From the NCBI GenBank assembly GCA_016869975.1, contig VGCZ01000008.1, positions 26,869 to 50,868 on the forward strand: 24,000 bases of DNA, read 5' to 3'. This document shows, piece by piece, positions 1 to 6,947 of this stretch (position 1 is its first letter; every line of letters starts with the position of its first letter). Position numbers and translations under genes: made by a program. The notes beneath the pieces are model-generated. The model was given only the letters and a program-made list of their open reading frames with translations. It was not told where the DNA came from and ran no database searches. This stretch comes from Alphaproteobacteria bacterium. GTDB taxonomy: Bacteria > Pseudomonadota > Alphaproteobacteria > Reyranellales > Reyranellaceae.

Positions 1-1
1 C

Positions 2-313
2 CTGCTGGCGGTGTTCACCGCCACGCGCATCAAGCGCTTCCCCGAGGTGCCGACGGTGCGCGAGTTGGGCGTTGACGTCGTCGTCGAGTCGCCCGGCGGC
101 CTGGTCGGGCCCAAGGGCATGGACGCGGGTGTCGTGAAGATCCTCGGCGAGGCCTTCAAGGCGGCGGCACAGGAGCCGGCGCATCTGGAGTTCCTCGACA
201 AGGTCGACCAGCCGCTGCTGCTCAAGGATGGCCCCGAGTACCGCGACTACATGGCGAAGACGTTCGACGAGGAGCGCGAGCTCCTGCGCAAGCTGAACCT
301 GCTGCCGGCGTAA
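2..313 (+). CDS. Tripartite tricarboxylate transporter substrate-binding protein (Bug/TctC family). C-terminal fragment; the 5' end lies outside the window.
   Basis: The frame is open from the window edge. The C-terminal sequence ...RFPEVPTVRELGVDVVVESPGGLVGPKGMDAGVVKIL...PEYRDYMAKTFDEERELLRKLNL is typical of Bug/TctC periplasmic binding proteins. GC3 is high. Stop TAA at 311-313. Confidence 0.8.
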   Translation: MLAVFTATRIKRFPEVPTVRELGVDVVVESPGGLVGPKGMDAGVVKILGEAFKAAAQEPAHLEFLDKVDQPLLLKDGPEYRDYMAKTFDEERELLRKLNLLPA

Positions 314-314
314 C

Positions 315-343
315 TGTCATCCCTCGCTCCGCTCGGGATGACA
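315..343. other. Intergenic stem-loop: 9-bp stem TGTCATCCC / GGGATGACA with an 11-nt loop
   Basis: Inverted repeat read directly from the sequence, between the TctC stop (313) and the next gene start (359). There is no U-run, so it is a REP-like or weak terminator structure rather than a canonical intrinsic terminator. Confidence 0.4.
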
Positions 344-358
344 CCAGGGAGGATTGCC

Positions 359-1348
359 ATGACCGACACGATCCCCGTCCTCGATCTCGCGCCGCTGCGC
401 GCCAATGAGCCTGGTGCGCTGGAGACGCTCGGCGCCCAGCTGCGGCACGCCTTCACCGAAATCGGCTTCTACTTCGTCAAGGGCCATGGCGTGCCGCAAT
501 CCCTGCTCGACGCCACCTTCGCCGAGGCGGCGCGCTTCCACGCCCAGCCGCTCGAGTCCAAGACGGCGATGAAGATCGACGAGCACAATATCGGCTACAT
601 GCCGATGCGCGGCGCCACCGCGCGCTACAACCTCGTCGGCGACACGCCGGTGCTGCCCAATGTCAACGAAGCGGTGTTCTTCAAGCGCGAGCTGCCGGCC
701 GATCACGTCGACGTGCTGGCCAAGGCGCGCTTCCGCGGCCGCAACCGCTGGCCCGCGCTGCCGGGCTTCCGCGAGCAGATCCTCGCGACCTGCGACGCCT
801 TCGAGCGGCTCGCCCTGTCGCTGCTGCCGATCTACGCCCGCGCCCTCGACCGGCCGGCCGACTACTTCGCCCGCTTCTTCGTCGATCCGATGTACACGCT
901 GCGCATGTCGCACTACCCGCAGCAGAGCCCGACGGCGCCCAACAACGAGTTCGGCATCGCGCCGCATCTCGACACCAGCTTCATGACCATCCTGGCGCAG
1001 AACAGGATCCCCGGCCTGTCGCTGCGCCTGCCCGACGGACGCTGGATCGACGCGCCGGCGCCCGAGGGCGCGCTCCTCGTCAATGGCGGCATGATGCTGC
1101 GCCGCTGGACCGACGGCCGATTCCTGGCGACGCCACACCGCGTGATCAACCGCTCCGGCCAGGAGCGCTACGCGATTCCGTTCTTCTTCGACTGCAACTA
1201 CCGCGCGGTGATGACGCCGATCACATCAGACGGCGGCGCAGGCAAGGAGCCGCCGTTCACCTACGCCGAGTTCATGACGACCTACCAGCAGGCGAACTTC
1301 CACCACGCACAGGTGGATGGGAAGAAGCTGGAGCTGCAGGGGGCGTGA
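359..1348 (+). CDS. 2-oxoglutarate/Fe(II)-dependent oxygenase (isopenicillin N synthase-like family)
   Basis: ORF 338..1348. The ATG at 359 is preceded by GGGAGG with a 6-nt spacer. Start MTDTIPVLDL. HxD (HLDTS) and distal His (ATPHRV) facial-triad context and RYAIPFFF are typical of the 2OG-FeII_Oxy family. Confidence 0.8.
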   Translation: MTDTIPVLDLAPLRANEPGALETLGAQLRHAFTEIGFYFVKGHGVPQSLLDATFAEAARFHAQPLESKTAMKIDEHNIGYMPMRGATARYNLVGDTPVLPNVNEAVFFKRELPADHVDVLAKARFRGRNRWPALPGFREQILATCDAFERLALSLLPIYARALDRPADYFARFFVDPMYTLRMSHYPQQSPTAPNNEFGIAPHLDTSFMTILAQNRIPGLSLRLPDGRWIDAPAPEGALLVNGGMMLRRWTDGRFLATPHRVINRSGQERYAIPFFFDCNYRAVMTPITSDGGAGKEPPFTYAEFMTTYQQANFHHAQVDGKKLELQGA

Positions 1349-1413
1349 AGCAACCGGGCTGTCGTTCTTCGCTGCGCCCAGGACGACGGTAGAGAGCCTT
1401 TCAGCTCCACTCC

Positions 1414-1740
1414 CTACTTCAACGTTGCGATATAGGCCGCGAGGTCGGCGGCCTCGGCGCGGGTGAGCGCCATGTCGGGCATCTTGGGGTGCGGGTCGAG
1501 CAGGAAGAACGCGACCGTGCGCTCGCTGAAATCGGGGCGGCGCGCGATGACCGGGAAGGGCGGCGCTTCGGCCACGGTGCCGGTCTGCTTCTCGGACACG
1601 ACGTGACAGGCCGAGCACCAGCGTCGCGCCAGGCGCTCGCCGTTGTTCGGGTCGGCGGCGAGGGCGGGCTCGCTTGGCCATGCCATCAAAGCCAAGGTCA
1701 GGATCAGGAACGCCAAGGTCAGGATCAGGGAACGTTTCAT
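1414..1740 (-). CDS. Small secreted c-type cytochrome (class I-like, 108 aa) with a signal peptide
   Basis: ORF 1414..1815. The internal ATG at 1740 gives MKRSLILTLAFLILTLALMAWPSEPALA (signal peptide). There is a single CSACH heme-binding motif (CxxCH) and a distal Met region (HPKMPDM). Confidence 0.8.
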   Translation of the reverse strand: MKRSLILTLAFLILTLALMAWPSEPALAADPNNGERLARRWCSACHVVSEKQTGTVAEAPPFPVIARRPDFSERTVAFFLLDPHPKMPDMALTRAEAADLAAYIATLK

Positions 1741-1801
1741 CGGTCTCGCCCGCGCGCGGTCGTTCGAACGACAATGATGGCGCGCGGGTCGGTCGCGCGC
1801 T

Positions 1802-1815
1802 TTGATCCGGATCAA
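1802..1815. promoter_or_regulatory. FNR/FixK-type anaerobox, TTGAT-CCGG-ATCAA
   Basis: Perfect 14-bp palindrome matching the FNR/FixK consensus TTGAT-N4-ATCAA. Its centre is about 68 nt upstream of the cytochrome c ATG. A minus-strand -10-like hexamer CATCAT (plus coordinates 1774-1779) would put the TSS near 1767, placing the box at about -41.5. Confidence 0.65.
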
Positions 1816-1879
1816 GCTTTCGTCGACGCCGTCGCATAGGAGCGTTTCGCGTCGATCGCGCGAGCGCGCCGCTCACGGT

Positions 1880-1908
1880 CTTGATCGCGCGGGTGGTCCA
1901 CCCAAATC
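1880..1908 (+). promoter_or_regulatory. Candidate RpoH (sigma-32)-type promoter for the hsp20 gene
   Basis: CTTGAT (1880-1885), a 15-nt spacer, then CCCAAATC (1901-1908). This resembles CTTGAA-N13-17-CCCCATNT. It lies about 55 nt upstream of the hsp20 ATG. Match judged by eye only. Confidence 0.3.
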
Positions 1909-1960
1909 GATACGTAAGAGCCGCGCTCACTCCCTGAGCGCGTGGGTGAGGAGACAGGAC

Positions 1961-2473
1961 ATGGCGAGCGAGATCAGGAAATCCGAAACCGTCGGCACGC
2001 CGGCGCCGCGCTATCGCGACCCGTTCGCCGAGATGCGCTCGGAGATGGACCGCGTGTTCGACGCCTTCCTCGGCCGCGGCTTCCTCGGCCGGCCGAGCGT
2101 ACCGAGCCTGCCCAGCGCGATGGCCCAGCCGCTGGTCGCGCCCGACATCGACATCCGCGAGAACGACAAGGAGATCGTGCTCGAGGCCGAGCTGCCGGGC
2201 ATCGACGAGAAGGACGTCGCCGTCGTGGTCAAGAATGGCGTGCTGTCGCTGAAGGGCGAGAAGAAGGTCGAGCGCGACGAGAAGAAGGACGCCTGGCACC
2301 TCTCGGAGCGCAGCTATGGCGCCTTCCAGCGCACCTTCCAATTACCCGACGGCATCGACGAGGACGCCATCAAGGCGAGCTTCGAGAAAGGCGTGCTGCG
2401 CATCGCCATGCCGAAGATCCCGGAGAAGACGCCGGCCGAGAAGAAGATCGAGATCGGCAACGGGCAGCGTTAA
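1961..2473 (+). CDS. Small heat-shock protein, Hsp20/alpha-crystallin family (170 aa)
   Basis: ORF 1802..2473. The ATG at 1961 is preceded by GAGGAG (1948-1953). The alpha-crystallin domain PDIDIRENDKEIVLEAELPGIDEKDVAVVVKNGVLSLKGEK...SYGAFQRTFQLPDGIDEDAIKASFEKGVLRIAMPK is present. Confidence 0.9.
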   Translation: MASEIRKSETVGTPAPRYRDPFAEMRSEMDRVFDAFLGRGFLGRPSVPSLPSAMAQPLVAPDIDIRENDKEIVLEAELPGIDEKDVAVVVKNGVLSLKGEKKVERDEKKDAWHLSERSYGAFQRTFQLPDGIDEDAIKASFEKGVLRIAMPKIPEKTPAEKKIEIGNGQR

Positions 2474-2482
2474 GGCACGGCT

Positions 2483-2594
2483 TCTCCCTCTCCCCGCAAG
2501 CGGGGAGAGGGAGAGTCGCGGGTTGCGTACGGCGGTCGTGCGTCACTTGACGCAGCCCCTCACCCCAACCCTCTCCCCGCTTGCGGGGAGAGGG
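2483..2594. repeat. REP-like hairpin doublet, family 1 (core CTCTCCCCGC-N2-4-GCGGGGAGAG)
   Basis: Copy a is at 2483-2514 (14-bp stem). Copy b is at 2569-2594 (11-bp stem) with a 5' flank AGCCCCTCACCCCAA at 2555-2568. The doublet sits between the convergent hsp20 and amidohydrolase genes. The same core recurs at 4339, 7275, 7391, 11714 and, as a variant, at 14441 and 14567. Confidence 0.85.
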
Positions 2595-4311
2595 CGGAAG
2601 AGGCTGCGGCGCCCTTCATCACTTCGCCGGTGAAGGTGCCGGTCGACCGGCCGTTCTCCATCGTCACCGCGCCGTTGACGATGGTGGCGCGGATGCCTTC
2701 GGCTTTCTGCACCAGGCGGCGAGCGCCGCCGGGCAGGTCGTTTTCGACCCTGGGCAGGCACGGCCGCACGCGGTCGGCCTCGAACAGCACCACGTCGGCC
2801 TTGTAGCCCGGCTTCAGCAGCCCGCGGTCCTTCAGCTCGAACGCCTCGGCGATGTCGCGCGTCATCTTGCGCACGGCGTGCTCCAGGGTGAAGGCGCCGC
2901 GCTTGTTGACCCAGTAATGCAGGAAATGCGTCTGCAGGCAGGCGCCCATTTCCTGCGCCGAATGCGCGCCGGCGTCGGAGAAGGTCGCCAGGGTCGTGTC
3001 GCGCTTGAGCATGCCCAGCACGTCCTCGCGATCCTCGTTGACCACCGGCCAGACGAAGATCTGGTCGGGATCCGCCAGCGCCAGCTCGATCATGGTCTCA
3101 ACGGGATGCGTGCCACGAACACGCGACAGCTCGGCCACGGTCGGATCGTCCCAGTCCATGCTCTTCAACGCAAAGAGCTGCTCGTAGTCGGGCTTGCGCG
3201 GATCGAGCGTGGCGGCACCACCACCCTGCAGCACGTTGTCCTTGGGCTTCATCCGCTGTTCGGCCTCGACCAGCGCGCGCCGCCGCGCGGGATCGCGCAG
3301 CATCTGGAGCTGTTCGGGCAGCGGCCGCTCGCGCACCAGCTTCCACTCCGGCAGCACGTCGAAGGGCAGGTAGGATTTCAGCGAGTAGATCGCGTTGATC
3401 GAGCGCGTGCTGACCTGGCCGAACATGCGGCCGCCGGCGCGGTTGGTATCCTCGATGACCTGGGCCTGGGTGCGCCACGACGCCGGATCGTCGCCCTGGC
3501 GCGTGCTGATGAGGCCGAACATGATCGTGCGCTTGTAGGCCAGCGCCAGGCGCTTGAGCTCGTCGAGCATGGCGACGTTGCTGGCGTGGCTGCGCACGTC
3601 GGAGCCGACCTGGAAGATGCCGGTGCCCAGCGCGGCCATCGACGCCACGATGCGCTCGAGCTCGTGCCACGACGCCTGCCGGCTGGCCACCGGCTGGCCC
3701 TCGGGCGTCAGATGGGTGTGGGCGCGCGAGGTCGACACGCCGATGGCGCCGGCGCGCATCGCCTCCTGCGCCATCGCCGCCATGGTGGCGATCTCCTCGT
3801 CGGTCGCTTCATCGGAAAGCGCGCGGCGGCCCATGACGTACATGCGCAGCGCCGAGTGGCCGACATACATCGCGTAGTTCAGCGCCTTGGGCCGGCGCTC
3901 GACCGCCTGCAGATACTCGGCGAAGGACTCCCAGGTCCAGTCCATGCCGGCGGCCATCGCCGCGGCAGGGATGTCCTCCACGTAGGACAGGCAGTTGGCG
4001 TACCACTGCCGATCGGCCGGCTTGCATGGCGCCAGCGTGAAGCCGCAATTGCTCATCACGACAGAGGTCACGCCGTTGTAGCAGGACGACGTGCCTGGCG
4101 CGTCCCACATCACCTGCGCGTCCATGTGGGTGTGGCCGTCGATGAAGCCGGGCGCCACGATCAGCCCGTCGGCGTCGATCGTGCGCCGCGCCGTGTCGCT
4201 CAGGCGTCCAACGGCTGTGATGCGTCCATCGACGATGCCGACATCGGCGGTGATACGGGCGGCGCCCGACCCGTCGATCACGGTGCCGCCGCGAATCAGA
4301 AGATCGAGCAT
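2560..4311 (-). CDS. N-acyl-D-amino-acid deacylase (D-aminoacylase)-like amidohydrolase (583 aa)
   Basis: ORF 2560..4374. The ATG at 4311 is preceded by GGGAGG. Start MLDLLIRGGTVIDGSGA...VAPGFIDGHTHMDAQVMWD is typical of the COG3653 D-aminoacylase group of the amidohydrolase superfamily. The last ~12 codons run through REP copy b. Confidence 0.8.
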   Translation of the reverse strand: MLDLLIRGGTVIDGSGAARITADVGIVDGRITAVGRLSDTARRTIDADGLIVAPGFIDGHTHMDAQVMWDAPGTSSCYNGVTSVVMSNCGFTLAPCKPADRQWYANCLSYVEDIPAAAMAAGMDWTWESFAEYLQAVERRPKALNYAMYVGHSALRMYVMGRRALSDEATDEEIATMAAMAQEAMRAGAIGVSTSRAHTHLTPEGQPVASRQASWHELERIVASMAALGTGIFQVGSDVRSHASNVAMLDELKRLALAYKRTIMFGLISTRQGDDPASWRTQAQVIEDTNRAGGRMFGQVSTRSINAIYSLKSYLPFDVLPEWKLVRERPLPEQLQMLRDPARRRALVEAEQRMKPKDNVLQGGGAATLDPRKPDYEQLFALKSMDWDDPTVAELSRVRGTHPVETMIELALADPDQIFVWPVVNEDREDVLGMLKRDTTLATFSDAGAHSAQEMGACLQTHFLHYWVNKRGAFTLEHAVRKMTRDIAEAFELKDRGLLKPGYKADVVLFEADRVRPCLPRVENDLPGGARRLVQKAEGIRATIVNGAVTMENGRSTGTFTGEVMKGAAASSALSPQAGRGLG

Positions 4312-4338
4312 CGAGAACCTCCCGCCGATATCGTCTTT

Positions 4339-4370
4339 CTCCCTCTCCCCGCATTGCGGGGGAGAGGGAG
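4339..4370. repeat. REP-like hairpin, family 1, single copy
   Basis: CTCCCTCTCCCCGC-ATT-GCGGGGGAGAGGGAG, 28-59 nt upstream of the amidohydrolase start codon. Confidence 0.8.
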
Positions 4371-4466
4371 TCATAGAGAGCGTAGTCGTTTCGCGCGCGG
4401 AGTCGATGGCGTTCGTGGCGCGACGCTAGCAGCGCCTTGCCCGAAGACGCCAGCGGCGCGTCGCGA

Positions 4467-5021
4467 TCAGCCGGCGGCGGCCAGCATGTAGGCGGCGTCG
4501 ATCACCAACTGCCGGGCTTTGCGCTCGTCGGACGAATAGGCGGCCGCCTCGAATTCCTCGCCGATCTCGCCGATTTCGTGCTCGGGATTGGCGGTGCCCC
4601 GGGCGTGGAGCCAATGCGTCAGCTCGTGCAGCGTCACCAACTCGAAGGCCGCACGCGTGTCGTTGAGGTTGACCATGGCCTCGAGGCCCTTGAACAACCG
4701 CGCATTGAACGTGATCGAATTGCCGAGGGCGATGGTCATGGCGTCGACCCGCTCGACCGCCTTCGTCTTGGGGTTAAGCTTCTTCATGATCGGCAGGACG
4801 AGGGCCGTAGGGCCGCCGCCGGGCCTCAGCGCCATCTTGCCGATGAGTTCGTAGTTAAAGAGCTTGCCCTTGGGAACCTGCCGTCTCCCGCCATTGGTCG
4901 CCGCGGTCATGATGTAGGCGTTCAGCAAGGGCTTGTTGTCGACCACCTTGGGCAGCTCGTTCTTCAGGTAGTGCAGGAGCCTCGGGAACTTGATGAAGTA
5001 CGTCTCGCTGGCGATGATCAT
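4467..5021 (-). CDS. Hypothetical zincin-like protein with an HExxH motif (HELTH), 184 aa; family not recognised
   Basis: ORF 4467..5321. The ATG at 5021 is preceded by GGGAG. Start MIIASETYFIKF. Motif ...FELVTLHELTHWLHARGTANPEHEIGEIGEEFE. GC is visibly lower and codon usage atypical around 4850-5020 compared with neighbouring genes. Confidence 0.6.
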   Translation of the reverse strand: MIIASETYFIKFPRLLHYLKNELPKVVDNKPLLNAYIMTAATNGGRRQVPKGKLFNYELIGKMALRPGGGPTALVLPIMKKLNPKTKAVERVDAMTIALGNSITFNARLFKGLEAMVNLNDTRAAFELVTLHELTHWLHARGTANPEHEIGEIGEEFEAAAYSSDERKARQLVIDAAYMLAAAG

Positions 5022-5149
5022 GTTCGGCTCCCACGCAGGGACGCGTAGCTGATCGCGACGATCGTCGGTCCAGTGTACGCATGCCCGGCCGCGCCACAAC
5101 CGTCGCTCGCGCGATCTTGTTGCCCGCGACGTGCAAAGTGCGCACCACC

Positions 5150-5533
5150 TCAAGCGCTGCCTTCGGTGTCGATGCGCAGCAGCATCTCCCGGAAGAAGCT
5201 GAAGTCGTCGAACCATCCGGCGCGCGTCAGCGGGTGGGTGGCGGCGACGCGCAGCGCGGTGTCGCCGAGCCGGGGCGAGGCGGGCGCGGTCTTCCAGGCT
5301 TCCATGAGCGGATGCCGCCACATCTCGGCCAGCGCGCCCAGGCGCAGCAGGATGCGCTCGGGCAGCGCAGGGTCGTACCCGAAAGTGTCGTCGAGCATCT
5401 CCAGCATCAGCGCGCGCAGGCGCTTAGGGTCTTGGTGCGTGACGCCGTAAAGCAGCGCGTGGCCTTCGAGGAATTCCTCTTCGAGCACGGGCGCGTGCGG
5501 ATCATCGGGGGGTGGATGATGGGGGTGTGTCAC
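5150..5533 (-). CDS. Hypothetical protein (127 aa), upstream partner of the HExxH protein
   Basis: ORF 5150..5533 has a protein-like composition (F, W, Y, M, D and E are all represented). The overlapping plus-strand ORF 5081..5644 looks like an Arg/Ala/Gly-rich antisense artefact. I recognise no family. Confidence 0.55.
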   Translation of the reverse strand: MTHPHHPPPDDPHAPVLEEEFLEGHALLYGVTHQDPKRLRALMLEMLDDTFGYDPALPERILLRLGALAEMWRHPLMEAWKTAPASPRLGDTALRVAATHPLTRAGWFDDFSFFREMLLRIDTEGSA

Positions 5534-5648
5534 GGGATAATCCGTCGGCTTGGCGCGAGGGTTGAGGCGCGAAGCGCAAGCGCGGCGACGATGGCGCAGG
5601 CGTTGTCTGAGGGCATAGGGACCTACCAGGGGCGTCGTTCCTGATGGG

Positions 5649-5692
5649 TCTTATTTTTAACTATTTTACGAAATTATCAATAAAAAATATGA
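5649..5692 (-). promoter_or_regulatory. AT-rich tract with sigma-70-like elements upstream of the 5533 gene
   Basis: tcttatttttaactattttacgaaattatcaataaaaaatat is strongly AT-rich within a GC-rich context. The minus strand reads TTGATA (plus 5675-5680), about 15-16 nt of spacer, then TAAAAA. Promoter assignment is by eye only. Confidence 0.35.
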
Positions 5693-5738
5693 CGCCCGTT
5701 ATCCCGGGGTGATCGCCAGTAGTGGGTCAGCTGTCTTC

Positions 5739-5791
5739 GGGCCGCGCCGCTCCAGCGGCGCTCCAGATGCGTCGCTGGAGCGGCGCGGCCC
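5739..5791. repeat. REP-like hairpin, family 2 (18-bp arms GGGCCGCGCCGCTCCAGC / GCTGGAGCGGCGCGGCCC, 17-nt loop)
   Basis: Perfect 18-bp inverted repeat read from the sequence. A near-identical copy lies at 11161-11213. Confidence 0.85.
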
Positions 5792-5849
5792 AAATGGCAC
5801 GAAAACGGCAGCCTGGCCGCGCGCACCCCAACCCCTCGAGGGCCGCATG

Positions 5850-6851
5850 CTACACCCCGTGATACCGCACCACCGTCCAATCAAACGCCGGCTGGAATCC
5901 CACCGCGCTATACGCCGCGATCGAGGCCGGCTGTTCCTTCTCGGCCAGCAGGCAGGCCTTGCTGACGCCGTCGCGCCCGGCGTCGCGCACGATGCCGGCG
6001 ACGACGGCCTTGGCGTAGTCGCGCCCGCGCATGTCGGGCGGCACGTAGACCGCGCCGATGTTCACGCAGTCGTCGAGCTTCGCCGTGGCGGCGGCGTAGG
6101 CCACCGGCTTGTCGCCCACCGTGACCACCATGCCCTGCCGCAGATCATGCGCGCGGCGCACCCAGTTGCGCGCCTCGAGATCGCTCTCCTCGCCGCGCGC
6201 GATGCCGAACACCTCCTCGCGGAAGGCGGCGTGCCAGTCGCCGAGCAGCGGCAGCTCCTCGCCCATCGGCGGGCGGAAGTCGACGCCGGCGGCGCCCAGC
6301 ACATCGGGGGCGCGCAAGGTCTCGGCGCTCGCGGTCATTACGACGCAGTCGTGGCGCTGCAGGATCGGCCGGTCGCGCAGCCACAGATGCGACAGCGTCT
6401 TCTCGACCTGCGCCGTGGGGCCGGCGACCTCGCTGAAGTCGCGCGGCGCGGCGGCGGCCAGCACGTCGAGCACCTCGGTGGCGCGCTCGGGCAGCTGCAA
6501 GAGCACGCGACCGCCGGCGAAGATCGCCGCCGCGGCCAGCACGCGCTGCGTGTCGGTGTCGGGATCGTCCTCGACCGCGCCCACCCAGGTGCCCTGATAG
6601 GCGCGGCCGTCGTCGACCAGCCCGCCCTGGCGCAGATTGAAGCGCAGGAAGATGTGCGTATCGGGCCGGCTGGCGAGGAAGGCGTCGAGCATGTCCTCGT
6701 CGCCCTCGCGCAGCACGCGGCAGCGCACGTCCTTGGGCGTGGGCTCGCTGTCGGCGTCGTCGGCGATTGGCTTGGCGCCGGCGACATCCTTGCCCATGTC
6801 GAAGCGCACGCCGGTCTGGATCGTGGGCTTGGATTGCTTCTCGTCGGCCAT
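5850..6851 (-). CDS. GNAT-family N-acetyltransferase, two-lobed, about 290-aa core plus N-terminal extension (333 aa)
   Basis: The ATG at 6851 is preceded by GGGGAG. The C-terminal GNAT core is ...VNIGAVYVPPDMRGRDYAKAVVAGIVRDAGRDGVSKACLL...AAYSAVGF. It aligns by eye along its length with the product of 7424..8287. Confidence 0.7.
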   Translation of the reverse strand: MADEKQSKPTIQTGVRFDMGKDVAGAKPIADDADSEPTPKDVRCRVLREGDEDMLDAFLASRPDTHIFLRFNLRQGGLVDDGRAYQGTWVGAVEDDPDTDTQRVLAAAAIFAGGRVLLQLPERATEVLDVLAAAAPRDFSEVAGPTAQVEKTLSHLWLRDRPILQRHDCVVMTASAETLRAPDVLGAAGVDFRPPMGEELPLLGDWHAAFREEVFGIARGEESDLEARNWVRRAHDLRQGMVVTVGDKPVAYAAATAKLDDCVNIGAVYVPPDMRGRDYAKAVVAGIVRDAGRDGVSKACLLAEKEQPASIAAYSAVGFQPAFDWTVVRYHGV

Positions 6852-6947
6852 GCGAGTCTCCCCTCGGCGTTATGCGCCATGGTGACCGATCCGCGTGCCG
6901 GTTCAAACTGTCTTTCGCGTCGCGCGGCGCCATGCTGACATCGCGCC

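Noticed and set aside
317-1138. Long minus-strand ORF (273 aa) and other overlapping ORFs (660..986 +, 913..1149 -) across the 2OG oxygenase gene
   Set aside because: They are antisense or off-frame to a gene with clear family motifs. The products are Arg/Ala/Gly/Pro-rich and low in complexity, as expected for spurious ORFs in GC-rich DNA.
1816-1960. Canonical ROSE RNA thermometer upstream of hsp20
   Set aside because: The predicted leader is too short (about 45 nt if the sigma-32-like promoter is used). I could not find the multi-hairpin ROSE layout or its characteristic anti-SD hairpin, so only a speculative minimal structure is reported.
2539-2554. Perfect palindrome TGCGTCA-CT-TGACGCA between the two REP copies
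   Set aside because: It is a single occurrence between convergent gene ends inside a REP doublet spacer. There is no adjacent promoter to regulate, so it is probably part of the repeat unit or chance.
2581-4491. 636-aa plus-strand ORF opposite the D-aminoacylase-like gene
   Set aside because: It has no recognisable motifs and an extreme Arg/Ala/Gly/His composition. The minus-strand frame has an amidohydrolase signature and a strong RBS.
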